Shown one piece after another: positions 22,299 through 32,856 of a DNA stretch of 64,000 nt; position 1 is the first letter of the stretch; each line of letters opens with the position of its first letter. Source of the stretch: an uncultured bacterium (GTDB lineage Bacteria; Zixibacteria; MSB-5A5; CAIYYT01); NCBI GenBank assembly GCA_963726455.1, contig CAVSCK010000004.1, positions 384,001-448,000 of the forward strand, read 5' to 3'. The notes beneath the pieces are model-generated. The model saw nothing but the letters and a program-made list of their open reading frames with translations, searched no databases and had not been told where the DNA came from. The position numbers were made by a program, and so were the translations under genes.

Positions 22299-25200
22299 AT
22301 GAAATCGCTGAATCGTTTCGCAGTTCTGATCGGTGTTGTGCTGCTGTTGGCTTTGGCACGGCCACTGTGTGCTCAAATCCGGTTGGAGCATGCCGATTCC
22401 TCAACAGCCCTTCAGGTGCCCGGCGGCGCCGTGTACGAGTTCTTCGGAAGTGTGCACTTCATCCGTGATTCCAGCCAATTGTTTTCTGACTATGCTGCCC
22501 GTTACGAGCCGCAAAATATCGTTCGCTTAATCGGTAACGTTCGCATCAAGGAACCGCAGCGTGAGCTGGCAGCCGATTCGGTCTGGTACTATCAATCCAC
22601 TGATCTAATGCGCGCCTGGGGCAGAGTTGCCATCGAGGATCATCTGCGCCACGTCAAAGCGGAAGGCGGCGCGGCAGACTACGACGGCAAGGAAGAATAC
22701 TTGCTCTTGATGAAGAACCCACGTTTGACGGTGGATTTTGACATCCCACATTCATCGACCTTCGTCAAAGGCGACACGATCAAGTACCATGCTCGCGATG
22801 ACATGGTGGAAGCAATCGATTCCGCAACGATCGTGCAGGGGACGTTGATAGCCAGCGCGCAACAGGCGACGATCTATCTCGACCGGGAAGAAATGTGCCT
22901 GACTGGAAAAGTTCATGCTACTCAACACCAGAACGAATTGTCCGGCGACGCCATGACGGTGTATTCGAAATCCAAGAAACTCGAACGAATCAATGTCGTT
23001 GGAAACGGCGAATCAATCTTTCGGCAGCGCGCTGCCGCGGCAGACACGCTTGTTTACAATGAAAGTCGACTGACCGCCAACAAAATCGACTTCTTCTTTG
23101 CGAACGATCTTCTTGACCTGATCAAAGCGCAGGGGAACAGCTATACCTACTACCTGCCTGCGAAAGAGGACACCATTTCCAAAGGGAGCAATGTTGCCTC
23201 CGGAGACTCGACGACTTTGAAATTCCTGGGTGGCGAACTGAGCGAGGTCTTTGTGGTGACATCGGCAGAGGGCACTTATTGGTCTCCGGCAGGCCGGGAT
23301 TCGCTGGGCAATCCAACGCGCATGGACACTGTGACTTACAGTGCCAACCGCATCAACTACAAGATTGCACACAAGCAGATCTTCATGAAGGAAACCGCGC
23401 GGGTCAAGCAGGCCACGATGAATCTGGATGCTCATGAAATCCAGTATGACCTCACCGGCCACAATGTGTACGCCTATGGCTTCTACGACACGGCGCAATC
23501 GGCCTTTGTGCCTTTGACTCTCAAGGACAAAGCCGAGGAAATGACAGGCGAGCGACTGGTCTACAATCTGGACACCAAGCGTGGCAAGATCAAAGAAAGC
23601 CATACCACTTTGGAGCAAGCATACTACTCCGGAGGCGTCTTGCGCAAGGAAGTGGAGGGTCAGGTGTTGGTGCGGAACGGAAGCTACACTACTTGTGACC
23701 TGGCCGAACCGCACTTTCATTTTGCGTCGAAAGACATGAAGTTGATCACGAATGACAAAGTCTTCGCCAGACCGGTTATCCTGTATGTGGAATCGATGCC
23801 CGTCTTTGCTCTGCCATACTTTGTGTTTTCGACAAAGAAGGGAAGGCAATCGGGATTCCTGCCGTTCCAATTCGGCAACTTCGAGCGGGGCCAGCGATTC
23901 GTCAATAATCTCGGGTATTACTGGGCGATCAGCGATTACTGGGACGTCAAGGGCTCGGTGGACGTCCATGAGGGCACGGGGCTTACCTTCAACGGCGCGG
24001 CTCGATATGCCATTCGAAATAACCTCAACGGTTATGTGAGCGGTTCATTCGCGCGCGAGACAAGATTCCTGAACGTTCAGAGAACGACCGCGAACAGATA
24101 CCGATTTAGTTTCAGCCACAGCCAGCAGATTGACCCTACGCTTTCTCTCAGCGGCAGCGGCGAATTTCTTTCGGATAAGTCCTATTATACCGACTATTCC
24201 ACGAATCTCGACCAGCGGTTGAATCGCAATATCCACTCGCAAATAAACATCAACAAGCGCTGGGAAGGTGCGTCGCTGACTGTCGCCGTTGATCAGACCA
24301 AGGCCTTGGACCTCGACACTCACGCCGAGAAATTGCCGGTTGTCAGATTCTCGCTCTCGCAGAAACCGTTGTTCCATCAACCCAAGAAAGCAACTGACAA
24401 ACGCTGGTATCATGATATGTACTATGGGTACAACTCCGGATTTCTAAATAGCTCGGCGAAGGGCTTGAGCGGGCAATTGGCAACGTTCAAGAAGTACTCT
24501 GTACTCAACCAGCAATTCGATTTGCGGGCACCGATTAAGTTCTTTAATGCCGTCACGGTTTCGCCGGCGATGTCGTTGTTCGACAATTGGTACTACCTGC
24601 CGCCATCCGACCAGGCGGATAGCGCCCATTTGGCCACCAGGGTCGTCAGAAATCGCGACACTTGGACATCGTCAGTGACCCTGTCAACTGTTCTCTATGG
24701 CTCGGTCGCGCCGCACATGTTCTCGATTGTCGGTTTGCGGCACGTGATGTCGCCGTCGGTGTCAATCGGCTACCAGCCGAAGATTACGCACAATCAGGAT
24801 TATGCGGGCTTTACCGGGTTCGGCGGCAGCGGTTTTGAAAGCAAGAACCTGAATTTCGGCCTACAGAATCAGTTTCAGATGAAGTACTTGAAAGGCGGCA
24901 AAGAACAGAAGCTCGACCTGTTCAGGTATTCGTTGTCAGGAAACTATGATTTCGTCCGCAAGCAACGTCGTTGGTCAACTATCAACTCCGCATTGAGCGC
25001 CTATAACGTTAAGAACATGACTCTGGATGTTTCGTTTGTGCATGATCTGTATGCCTCCAACGGCAAGCTGCGATGGTGGAATCCGACTCTGACTTCGATC
25101 AGCATTTCCACCGGCTACCGCGGCTCATTCAAGATTCCGATCGGCATGTCCCAGACAAGCGTCCTGGCTCCGTCAGCCCCCGTATCCCCGATGGCCGCCA

Positions 25201-25559
25201 CACCCGGGCCAGACCTTAATCGAGTCACATTTGGAATATCTGAGCGCTACACGGAAACTCGCGGTGTCTATGGCAGCGTACAGCACTGGATCAGTTTTGA
25301 CTTGGGGTTTTCGCCCTCGAAGAACTGGCGCGTCAAGTATCGGCAGAACTACAACATTCGCGCCCGCGGCTCCAGCGAGAAGACGGTCGAGATCTATCGG
25401 GACCTTCATTGCTGGGAGGGGACATTCACCTGGATTCCGGAGGGCTCGCTACAGGGGTATTACTTCCGCATAAACGTTAAGTTAATGCCTGACTTGAAGT
25501 TCGAGAAATCGGAATCAGGCATACGCGATGCCTTGCTGGGGCTCAATCCTTACCAATAG
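22299..25559 (+). CDS. lptD: LPS-assembly protein LptD with extended N-terminal OstA/LptA-like repeats
   Basis: Signal peptide; GSYTTCD..EPHFHF, RQSGFLP, LGYYWAISDYWD, C-terminal RDLHCWE..F.W.P....GYYFRINVK. Confidence 0.85.
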   Translation: MKSLNRFAVLIGVVLLLALARPLCAQIRLEHADSSTALQVPGGAVYEFFGSVHFIRDSSQLFSDYAARYEPQNIVRLIGNVRIKEPQRELAADSVWYYQSTDLMRAWGRVAIEDHLRHVKAEGGAADYDGKEEYLLLMKNPRLTVDFDIPHSSTFVKGDTIKYHARDDMVEAIDSATIVQGTLIASAQQATIYLDREEMCLTGKVHATQHQNELSGDAMTVYSKSKKLERINVVGNGESIFRQRAAAADTLVYNESRLTANKIDFFFANDLLDLIKAQGNSYTYYLPAKEDTISKGSNVASGDSTTLKFLGGELSEVFVVTSAEGTYWSPAGRDSLGNPTRMDTVTYSANRINYKIAHKQIFMKETARVKQATMNLDAHEIQYDLTGHNVYAYGFYDTAQSAFVPLTLKDKAEEMTGERLVYNLDTKRGKIKESHTTLEQAYYSGGVLRKEVEGQVLVRNGSYTTCDLAEPHFHFASKDMKLITNDKVFARPVILYVESMPVFALPYFVFSTKKGRQSGFLPFQFGNFERGQRFVNNLGYYWAISDYWDVKGSVDVHEGTGLTFNGAARYAIRNNLNGYVSGSFARETRFLNVQRTTANRYRFSFSHSQQIDPTLSLSGSGEFLSDKSYYTDYSTNLDQRLNRNIHSQININKRWEGASLTVAVDQTKALDLDTHAEKLPVVRFSLSQKPLFHQPKKATDKRWYHDMYYGYNSGFLNSSAKGLSGQLATFKKYSVLNQQFDLRAPIKFFNAVTVSPAMSLFDNWYYLPPSDQADSAHLATRVVRNRDTWTSSVTLSTVLYGSVAPHMFSIVGLRHVMSPSVSIGYQPKITHNQDYAGFTGFGGSGFESKNLNFGLQNQFQMKYLKGGKEQKLDLFRYSLSGNYDFVRKQRRWSTINSALSAYNVKNMTLDVSFVHDLYASNGKLRWWNPTLTSISISTGYRGSFKIPIGMSQTSVLAPSAPVSPMAATPGPDLNRVTFGISERYTETRGVYGSVQHWISFDLGFSPSKNWRVKYRQNYNIRARGSSEKTVEIYRDLHCWEGTFTWIPEGSLQGYYFRINVKLMPDLKFEKSESGIRDALLGLNPYQ

Positions 25560-25682
25560 ACTGAACCGGAACGGCTTAGCCAAGATGAGTGCCGTGCTCC
25601 ATATGGTTGAAGAATATTCTTCACTGCAAGCGCGTAAACACCATCGACCTACGCCAGAGCCAATAATCATGCGGATTTGTTG

Positions 25683-25711
25683 TTGACGAAGGGGGAATCC
25701 GTCCCTACATT
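25683..25711 (+). promoter_or_regulatory. sigma70-type promoter for ftsK (probably leaderless)
   Basis: TTGACG-17 nt-TACATT, with the ATG 6 nt downstream. Confidence 0.55.
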
Positions 25712-25717
25712 CAGAGT

Positions 25718-28081
25718 ATGGGTGTAGCGGCATTTCTAAAAGCCGGGCATCGTCAGGAGCTCACCGGGTTTCTGCTTATTGTCCTGGCAATCGTGATTTT
25801 GATCTCACTGGCAACCTACGACAAACGTGATGTGTCGCTGTTCTACGAGGAGGCGACAGTGCTGCGGCCAGTCCCAGGCGACACCGTGGCAGCCTTTCAA
25901 CCGACGGAAGGCGGCGTAAAATCGCTGTCATTCTCAGACATACTGCACATGCGGGCAGAGAACTCTGGAGGGATAGTCGGGGCAGTGATTTCCCATCTAT
26001 TGCTCTGGAGCATTGGTTTCAGCTCCTATGTCCTTGTGCTGGTGCTACTTGTGGTTGGTTGGAAACTGCTTTTCAAATACGAGAATTCTCATCTTCGAAA
26101 CGCTCTGCTCAGGGTTTACGCCTTTGTGTTCCTGCTCGGAATTTTGATATTCCTGTTCCAGCTCGACGATCCTGAGATTGGCTCTGCCCTGACTCACAGC
26201 TTGTCAGGTAAGGCGGGCTTCATTCTGTCAGGGCTGACGCGGACCCTGTTTAACGTCACTGTAGGGTTCGCTATCCTGGGCGCCGCACTGATAGTCATCT
26301 TCTTTACGATAGTTCCGTTCCGTCCCAAGCAGGCGCGCGCCACGATAGATCGCATAATTGCGTTTTTCAGTCGCTCATCGGTAGGCGCCGGCGCATTTAT
26401 GCGTTCGCAGTACAAGGCCTGGCGGGAGAGTCTGAAGACGATTTTCGACAAAGACAAGGGAGCAACCGAGGAAGACCCTGACACCGAAGAAATGGAGCCG
26501 CCTGTCCAGCCGGTAGCCGAAACGGTCGTGCATTCTGAGCCGCCGAAGAAGATCGAGCAGTTGCCGCTTGACCTTGACGAAGTGGTTGAAGGCCCGCACA
26601 AGCTCGAATTCAAGTCAGCCACCAGACAACCGAAACGCATACGCGAACCGTTCGGCCAGCCACCGTTGACACTTTTGCACGAGCCAGTACGCGAAGACCC
26701 CGGCACAAGCGACGCGGAACTTGACGAGATCGCCAAGGCCTTGCGCGATACGCTTAACACGTTTGGCATCGAAATCATCGCCAATAGCATTGAGAAATAT
26801 CCCGGACCGGTTATTACGCGATTTGAGTTCAAGCCCGCCCCGGGCGTCAAAATAAATCAGATCGTGAACCTGGCCGACGATCTGGCATTGGCGCTCAAAG
26901 CGTCGCGAATCAGAATCATTGCGCCGGTGCCGGGCAAGTCGGCCGTCGGTGTGGAGATTCCAAATCGCAAGCCGCAGAAAGTATTTATCAAGGAAATTCT
27001 CACATCCGAGGCATATCAGCGCGGGCGCTACAAACTGCCGCTGGCGTTGGGCAAGAACACCGCCGGCAAGCCGTTCGTCGTGGATTTGGCGCGCATGCCG
27101 CATCTGCTGATTGCGGGCGCGACTGGCTCAGGCAAATCGGTTTGTCTGAACGTGATCATTACGAGTCTGATCTATCGCCATTCGCCGAAGGATCTGCGGT
27201 TTATTTTCATCGATCCCAAGATTCTCGAATTGTCCGTCTATGGCGATATCCCGTATCTGGCACGGCCGGTGGTCACGAAAGCCAAGATGGCGGAATCAGT
27301 TCTTGCAGGCGCCGTCAACGAGATGGAAGATCGCTATCGTCGACTGGCAACCCAGTCAGTGCGGTCACTCGACGATTACAATGCCAAAGTGCCGCCGGAA
27401 GACAAGCTTCCGTACCTGTTGATTGTCGTTGATGAATTGGCTGATATGATGATGTCGAACTCGTCGGCCAAGATCGAACTATTGATCACTCGTCTCGCGC
27501 AAATGGCACGCGCGGTCGGGATTCATTTAATTCTGGCGACGCAGCGCCCATCGGTTGATGTCATCACTGGATTGATCAAGGCGAATTTCTCATCGCGCAT
27601 TGCATTCCAGGTGGCTTCGAAAGTTGACAGCCGCACGATCCTTGACGGTAATGGCGCCGAGAAACTGCTCGGCATGGGCGACATGCTCCTGCTGCTGGCC
27701 GGCGAGCCGGAGCCGATTCGCATTCATGGCGCCTGGATTTCGTCGGACGAAACCGAACGATTGGTGGCTTATCTCAAGGACAATGCCGCCGCAGCAGCGC
27801 CGATTCAAACGTTTACCGAGGAAAATGAAAAGCTCATTGTCGAACGCAATACCCATGATGTTCTGCTTCCTGAAGCAACCGAGCTTGTAATCAAGCACAA
27901 ACAGGGATCGGTATCCCTGTTGCAGCGCCGCCTGGGAATCGGTTACCAGCGCGCGGCACGCTTGATGGACCAGCTCGAAGCCACCGGCATCGTCGGACCC
28001 TACGACGGCAGCAAAGCGCGCGAAGTCCTCGTTGATAAGTCATACTTGGAAAAAATAAAGAAAGACAAACCTACCTTCTGA
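25718..28081 (+). CDS. ftsK: DNA translocase FtsK
   Basis: N-terminal TM helices; PHLLIAGATGSGKS, IVVDELAD, ILATQRPSVDVITG; gamma domain SLLQRRLGIGYQRAAR. Confidence 0.97.
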   Translation: MGVAAFLKAGHRQELTGFLLIVLAIVILISLATYDKRDVSLFYEEATVLRPVPGDTVAAFQPTEGGVKSLSFSDILHMRAENSGGIVGAVISHLLLWSIGFSSYVLVLVLLVVGWKLLFKYENSHLRNALLRVYAFVFLLGILIFLFQLDDPEIGSALTHSLSGKAGFILSGLTRTLFNVTVGFAILGAALIVIFFTIVPFRPKQARATIDRIIAFFSRSSVGAGAFMRSQYKAWRESLKTIFDKDKGATEEDPDTEEMEPPVQPVAETVVHSEPPKKIEQLPLDLDEVVEGPHKLEFKSATRQPKRIREPFGQPPLTLLHEPVREDPGTSDAELDEIAKALRDTLNTFGIEIIANSIEKYPGPVITRFEFKPAPGVKINQIVNLADDLALALKASRIRIIAPVPGKSAVGVEIPNRKPQKVFIKEILTSEAYQRGRYKLPLALGKNTAGKPFVVDLARMPHLLIAGATGSGKSVCLNVIITSLIYRHSPKDLRFIFIDPKILELSVYGDIPYLARPVVTKAKMAESVLAGAVNEMEDRYRRLATQSVRSLDDYNAKVPPEDKLPYLLIVVDELADMMMSNSSAKIELLITRLAQMARAVGIHLILATQRPSVDVITGLIKANFSSRIAFQVASKVDSRTILDGNGAEKLLGMGDMLLLLAGEPEPIRIHGAWISSDETERLVAYLKDNAAAAAPIQTFTEENEKLIVERNTHDVLLPEATELVIKHKQGSVSLLQRRLGIGYQRAARLMDQLEATGIVGPYDGSKAREVLVDKSYLEKIKKDKPTF

Positions 28082-28099
28082 AGGTTGGTATAATTGCCT

Positions 28100-28726
28100 A
28101 TGATCATGCGTGTTCTCATAATCGTCCTCATTTTGTGTCTGCCGCTTTTTGCCGCCGGCACCACGGATATCATTGATAAGTCCGAGGCGCTGTATTCCCA
28201 GGGCGGCGCGTTCTCGGCGAAATTCTCGCAGAACGTGTCGACCGGCGATTTCTTCGACGATGAAAAAGCGACCGGTTCACTGATAATGAATTATCCGAGA
28301 CAATTCCGAATCGAGACGCAGGAACAAACCCTGGTTTCGAACGGTGACACCCTGTGGTCATATTCGGTCGAGAATCGGCAGGTCACGGTTGAATTAGTGA
28401 CTAAGTCTGAGGAGACCATCACGCCTTCCGATTACCTGTTCAACTTCAAAAAGAATTTCGATGTCAGTTACGACTCGACCGAAATCATTGATAAAGCCAA
28501 AGTTCACCGCTTTTCGCTGCGCGCCAAGTCTGCCGATCAATTCGTGCGCACCATGCAGGTGTACATAGATGCAAACACCTACCTTGTTCGGCGAGTAACA
28601 TATAGGGACCTGAACGACAACAAAATCACCCTCGACTTCTCTGACTGGAAACTGGGCATCAAGGTCGCGCCGGACAAGTTTCGTTTTAAGGCTCCACGGG
28701 GTGTAGAAGAGGTCAGGATTCCCTGA
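28100..28726 (+). CDS. lolA: Outer-membrane lipoprotein carrier LolA
   Basis: Signal peptide; FSAKFSQ, LVSNGDTLWSY, F.FKAPRGVE; follows ftsK. Confidence 0.8.
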   Translation: MIMRVLIIVLILCLPLFAAGTTDIIDKSEALYSQGGAFSAKFSQNVSTGDFFDDEKATGSLIMNYPRQFRIETQEQTLVSNGDTLWSYSVENRQVTVELVTKSEETITPSDYLFNFKKNFDVSYDSTEIIDKAKVHRFSLRAKSADQFVRTMQVYIDANTYLVRRVTYRDLNDNKITLDFSDWKLGIKVAPDKFRFKAPRGVEEVRIP

Positions 28727-30081
28727 GCGCGAAAAAGACTGTTTACTTCAAAGGCCTCGGCTGTCCCAAGAACGAGGTCGACGGCGATGTCATTCTTGGC
28801 TACCTGGTCCGTAGAGGCCTCAAAATCGTTGACGATCCGAAGAAGGCAGATTTCCTGATCGTCAACACCTGCGGGTTTATTCAAGCGGCGAAGGAAGAAT
28901 CAATCGAGGAGATTCTAAAGTTGGTCGATGTGAAGAACGGCAACGGTCGCCAGAGGCGGCTTCTTGTCACCGGCTGTCTGGTACAACGCTATGCCGGCGA
29001 TTTGCTGCAACAGATTCCGGAAATCGACGGAATGCTGGGCATTGACCAGTACGACAAGATCGATTCTCTCATTGATTCCGACGCTGCCTATATCACTCGC
29101 CCGCCCAGCAGTTACAAAGATCAGCACTCGATTCAGCTTCTGCGGCAACGCCCGTACGCGTATCTCAAGATTGCCGATGGTTGCGACAATCGCTGCAGTT
29201 ACTGCGCGATTCCACTGATTCGTGGCAACTATCGTTCGCGAACTTTGCGGGCCATCGAGTCAGATGTTGACCGCCTGCTTCAGCACGGTGTATGCGAGTT
29301 GAATCTGATTGCGCAGGATGTCGCTCGCTATGGATTCGATATCGGAAAGAATCCATTGGACTTGCTGCAAATGCTGGAGCGCAAATCGGAGAAGTTCTGG
29401 GTACGTCCATTCTATTTGCATCCGTCGCATTTGACCGACGACATTTTAGATTTCTTTGCTGGCTCAAAGAAATTCTGTAATTATCTGGAGATTCCCTTGC
29501 AGCACGTTAACTCACGGCTGCTAAAGAGGATGAACCGGCATTACGATCGCCCAAAGATTCAGAAACTCCTGGATCGAATTCGGGAGAAACTTTGCGGCGT
29601 TACGTTGCGTACCACATTCATTGTTGGTTTTCCCGGCGAAACCTCCCAGGACTTTGATGAGCTCTGCTCATTCGTAGAGGAGGAAAGAATCAGCCGCGGT
29701 GGCGTATTTGGTTTTAGCCGGGAGGAGGGTACCACCGCATACAAGTTTGACAGTCGTCAAGCGCGGCGCACCATCGCTGCGCGCCAGGAAGAATTGACCC
29801 GCCTGATCAATGAGAACGCAGATGAGTTTAACGCGTCTCTGATCGGTCGCGAGCTGGAGATGATCGTCGAACGTATCGACGCCCGGAGCAAAACAGCAAC
29901 CGGCAGATTATTCTGCGACGCTCCGGAGATTGACTTCACCATTCACACCCCCGTCCGCGCCAATATCGGTTTGGGCTTCTGTAAAGTGCGTGTTACGGAT
30001 TCTTCCCCTGAGGGATTCGTGGGTGATATTGTTGACGCGGGCTCAGAAGGGAGTAACTATGGCCATAGGAAGCCATCTTAA
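28723..30081 (+). CDS. rimO: Ribosomal protein S12 methylthiotransferase RimO (probable CTG start)
   Basis: LGCPKNEVD and VNTCGFI lie in frame upstream of the called ORF; VTGCLVQRY; radical-SAM CDNRCSYC; RTTFIVGFPGET; DAPEID. Confidence 0.9.
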   Translation: MSAKKTVYFKGLGCPKNEVDGDVILGYLVRRGLKIVDDPKKADFLIVNTCGFIQAAKEESIEEILKLVDVKNGNGRQRRLLVTGCLVQRYAGDLLQQIPEIDGMLGIDQYDKIDSLIDSDAAYITRPPSSYKDQHSIQLLRQRPYAYLKIADGCDNRCSYCAIPLIRGNYRSRTLRAIESDVDRLLQHGVCELNLIAQDVARYGFDIGKNPLDLLQMLERKSEKFWVRPFYLHPSHLTDDILDFFAGSKKFCNYLEIPLQHVNSRLLKRMNRHYDRPKIQKLLDRIREKLCGVTLRTTFIVGFPGETSQDFDELCSFVEEERISRGGVFGFSREEGTTAYKFDSRQARRTIAARQEELTRLINENADEFNASLIGRELEMIVERIDARSKTATGRLFCDAPEIDFTIHTPVRANIGLGFCKVRVTDSSPEGFVGDIVDAGSEGSNYGHRKPS

Positions 30082-30841
30082 GTTGCGATCGCGACGCCTG
30101 GCGTTGCGTTTCTTTGCAATTTGTTTGACTCAATCCGTCGTGATGACGTACTTCGTCCTTGATTATACCGACGGTCAAAAACCGCAGCCCTTCGCGCCGG
30201 TTGAAATGAAAGGCGCTGCCGGACAATTCACCATCAATAAAGCTTTGGACCAGCTCTGGACGGGCAATGAGAACCCGGAGGAATTCAAGCTGGCAAGCTT
30301 CACCTGCCATTGTCGGCCGCATACTACCGCTTCGGAGGCGGAACTGGCGGCGCAGAAACGACAGTCGCAAATTGAGCGCATGATTGACGACTTCGAGGTC
30401 GGGTTTACGGCTGATGAGATTACCCAGATAACGCAGGTAATTGACAGCGAAAGTCGTCGTTACAAGTTTGATCCCCGGCTGCTAATGGCAGTGATTCTGA
30501 CTGAAAGTTCCATGCGCATTCAGGCGGTTTCCTGCCAGGGAGCACATGGCCTCATGCAAATCAAGCCCGAAGTAGCCGAGGACTTGGCCCTGCAGCAGGG
30601 AACCGAATGGCGCGGCCAGACGTCACTATTCGATCCGATACTGAACATTAAGCTAGGCAGTTACTACTTGTTTGAATTAATTATCAAGTATGGGGACATC
30701 CACAAAGCCCTGGTCGCCTATAACATGGGCGAGACGGCGATGCGAAATTGCCTGCTGGCAGATCGGCAGTTGCCTTCGGAATATGTGGAAAAGGTAATGT
30801 CACGTTATCAGGAATTGGTGGTGAAATATCCTGATGCTTAG
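30059..30841 (+). CDS. Lytic transglycosylase (SLT domain), membrane-anchored
   Basis: LLMAVILTESS, GAHGLMQI, NIKLGSYYL, ALVAYNMG. Confidence 0.88.
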   Translation: MAIGSHLKLRSRRLALRFFAICLTQSVVMTYFVLDYTDGQKPQPFAPVEMKGAAGQFTINKALDQLWTGNENPEEFKLASFTCHCRPHTTASEAELAAQKRQSQIERMIDDFEVGFTADEITQITQVIDSESRRYKFDPRLLMAVILTESSMRIQAVSCQGAHGLMQIKPEVAEDLALQQGTEWRGQTSLFDPILNIKLGSYYLFELIIKYGDIHKALVAYNMGETAMRNCLLADRQLPSEYVEKVMSRYQELVVKYPDA

Positions 30842-31439
30842 AGCGGCCGCCCTGATGCTGCTGCTTTCTCTCCTGACGGCGCAGTCATCGGGAGTTGCCG
30901 CCATTTCCAACGATCAGTTTTGTGAAAAGGGAGTGGAGAAGCTGGCGGACAGTCTGGCGTCAGCTTTGTCCCTCCCGGCCGACTCTGCGGCTCTTCTGCT
31001 GCCAATCGAGGGGCGTTTTGGGCCTGTTCTTATGGACGGTCTGGTTGCCGGCCTTAAACGCCAGGGTGTCTCAGTCTACCTTGCAAATTCGGAAAATACT
31101 GTAAACAGACCGGTTGTAAAAACAACCGCCGATGATTATCATCTGTCCTATGAAGGCGTACACCGGGGGCTGTTTTCCAGAGGCAGCGTAGCACGAGTGT
31201 TCTCAATTAGCGCATATAGTCAGGTGATGGGCCAGGATGGAAAGATGTGGCGTAGTGCGAGGATTTCCAGTTTGATGTTCAGCGATACGCTCAGCTATGC
31301 CGACGCTCGAACAGCCCGCGGCAAAGATAGTTTTATGTCGCCGGCAATGCCGCCCACGGTGTATAAACGATTGGTGGAGCCGGGCTTGATTCTTGGCATA
31401 ACTGGCGCATTGGTCTATCTTTTCTTTGCATCGCGTTGA
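30834..31439 (+). CDS. Hypothetical exported protein with C-terminal TM helix
   Basis: Signal peptide; ends LVEPGLILGITGALVYLFFASR; overlaps the upstream gene. Confidence 0.7.
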   Translation: MLRAAALMLLLSLLTAQSSGVAAISNDQFCEKGVEKLADSLASALSLPADSAALLLPIEGRFGPVLMDGLVAGLKRQGVSVYLANSENTVNRPVVKTTADDYHLSYEGVHRGLFSRGSVARVFSISAYSQVMGQDGKMWRSARISSLMFSDTLSYADARTARGKDSFMSPAMPPTVYKRLVEPGLILGITGALVYLFFASR

Positions 31440-31458
31440 GTGAGTTGGAGAGGCATTA

Positions 31459-32280
31459 ATGAGATTGCAGCGACTTGAATCCGGCGTTGTAGCGCTGGCT
31501 CTGATGTTCTTACTGGCAGGATGTGCGGCTCAAAACGCTACGGTGGCTCCGGACGCGCGATCGCAATACGATTTTGCGATGACGGCTTACAATCGTCACC
31601 ACTATAGTCAAGCCATTCTCGATTTCCAGAAGGTGCTGTACAACTACCCCGGTTTGAGTTATGTCGACAGCGCTCAGTACTGGTATGCAATGTCTTATTA
31701 CGGTAACGAGGACTACCATCTGGCCATCCCCGAGTTCCGGCGGCTCATTACGAATTTCCCCAACTCGGCGCTACTCGATGGCGCGGCGTTTATGATCGGG
31801 AAGTGTTACTATGACGCGGCGCCGAAGAACGTTGGACTCGATCAGACTGACACGGAAAACGCCATCCGCGAGTTGACGGCTTTCCTGGAGGATTACCAGT
31901 CGTCGGGTCGCCGTCAGGAAGGGGAATTGCTCCTTTCGGAAGCAATCGAAAAAATGACGGAAAAAGAATTTCAGGCAGGCCGCCAGTATTATCGCATGAG
32001 CAATCTGATATCATCGCGCATCTATCTGGAAGATGTCATTAAGGAACATCCGGAAGCCAAGTGCATTCCGGAGGCGCTCTACATGCTGGCAAGGGTCGAC
32101 GAGAAAGAAAAGAAATACGGCGATGCTCGCGATAAGCTCGGAAATCTGATAGCGAACTTCCCTAAATCCGAGTATGCGGGCAAGGCCGCCAAACTCAAAA
32201 CCAAGATGGAAGCCAAAATGGCCGCCAGCAGTGCGACCGGCCGGGATTCTATCAAGGTGACGCAACGGAAAAGTGAGTGA
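31459..32280 (+). CDS. bamD: Outer-membrane protein assembly factor BamD
   Basis: Lipobox LAGC; TPR repeats; DQTDTENAI..L..FLEDY. Confidence 0.85.
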   Translation: MRLQRLESGVVALALMFLLAGCAAQNATVAPDARSQYDFAMTAYNRHHYSQAILDFQKVLYNYPGLSYVDSAQYWYAMSYYGNEDYHLAIPEFRRLITNFPNSALLDGAAFMIGKCYYDAAPKNVGLDQTDTENAIRELTAFLEDYQSSGRRQEGELLLSEAIEKMTEKEFQAGRQYYRMSNLISSRIYLEDVIKEHPEAKCIPEALYMLARVDEKEKKYGDARDKLGNLIANFPKSEYAGKAAKLKTKMEAKMAASSATGRDSIKVTQRKSE

Positions 32281-32854
32281 GCGTCTCGGCGTACTGGGCG
32301 GGGCGTTCGACCCGATTCATCTCGGACATCTAATTCTCGCCTCGGAAGCGAAACGGCAACTCGATTTGCATCGTGTACTGTTTGTTCCGACTTACGAATC
32401 AGCACACCAGAACAAACCAATCGGAACATCGTTTGCGCATCGATGCGCGATGGTGAAGATCGGTATTTGCGATCACAACGATTTTGTCCTGTCAGACATC
32501 GAAAGCAAACATGAGGGCAAATCGTACACTGTCAAGACGATTGAATTGCTTCGGAACGTATATCATGAAGCCGAATTCTTCTTTATCATGGGCGCCGACA
32601 GTCTGGAACAACTCGGCACCTGGCATGAGCCAGATAAGCTGATGACGCTGGCAAAATTAGTCGTAGCTCAACGGCCGGGACATGAGGCGGCAAGTGCAGG
32701 TCTCAAGCCGGGCATAATCTCAATAGATATGCCCCTGGTCGGCATTTCTGCGTCAGATATTCGACTGCGTGTCCGCAAAGGAATGCCGATTCGGTTTCTG
32801 GTGCCCGGCGCCGTAGAAGAATATATTAGGCGTGAAGGATTGTATCGGGATTGA
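32273..32854 (+). CDS. nadD: Nicotinate-nucleotide adenylyltransferase
   Basis: GGAFDPIHLGH, SYTVKTI, FIMGADS, ISASDIR. Confidence 0.95.
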   Translation: MSERLGVLGGAFDPIHLGHLILASEAKRQLDLHRVLFVPTYESAHQNKPIGTSFAHRCAMVKIGICDHNDFVLSDIESKHEGKSYTVKTIELLRNVYHEAEFFFIMGADSLEQLGTWHEPDKLMTLAKLVVAQRPGHEAASAGLKPGIISIDMPLVGISASDIRLRVRKGMPIRFLVPGAVEEYIRREGLYRD

Positions 32855-32856
32855 AT

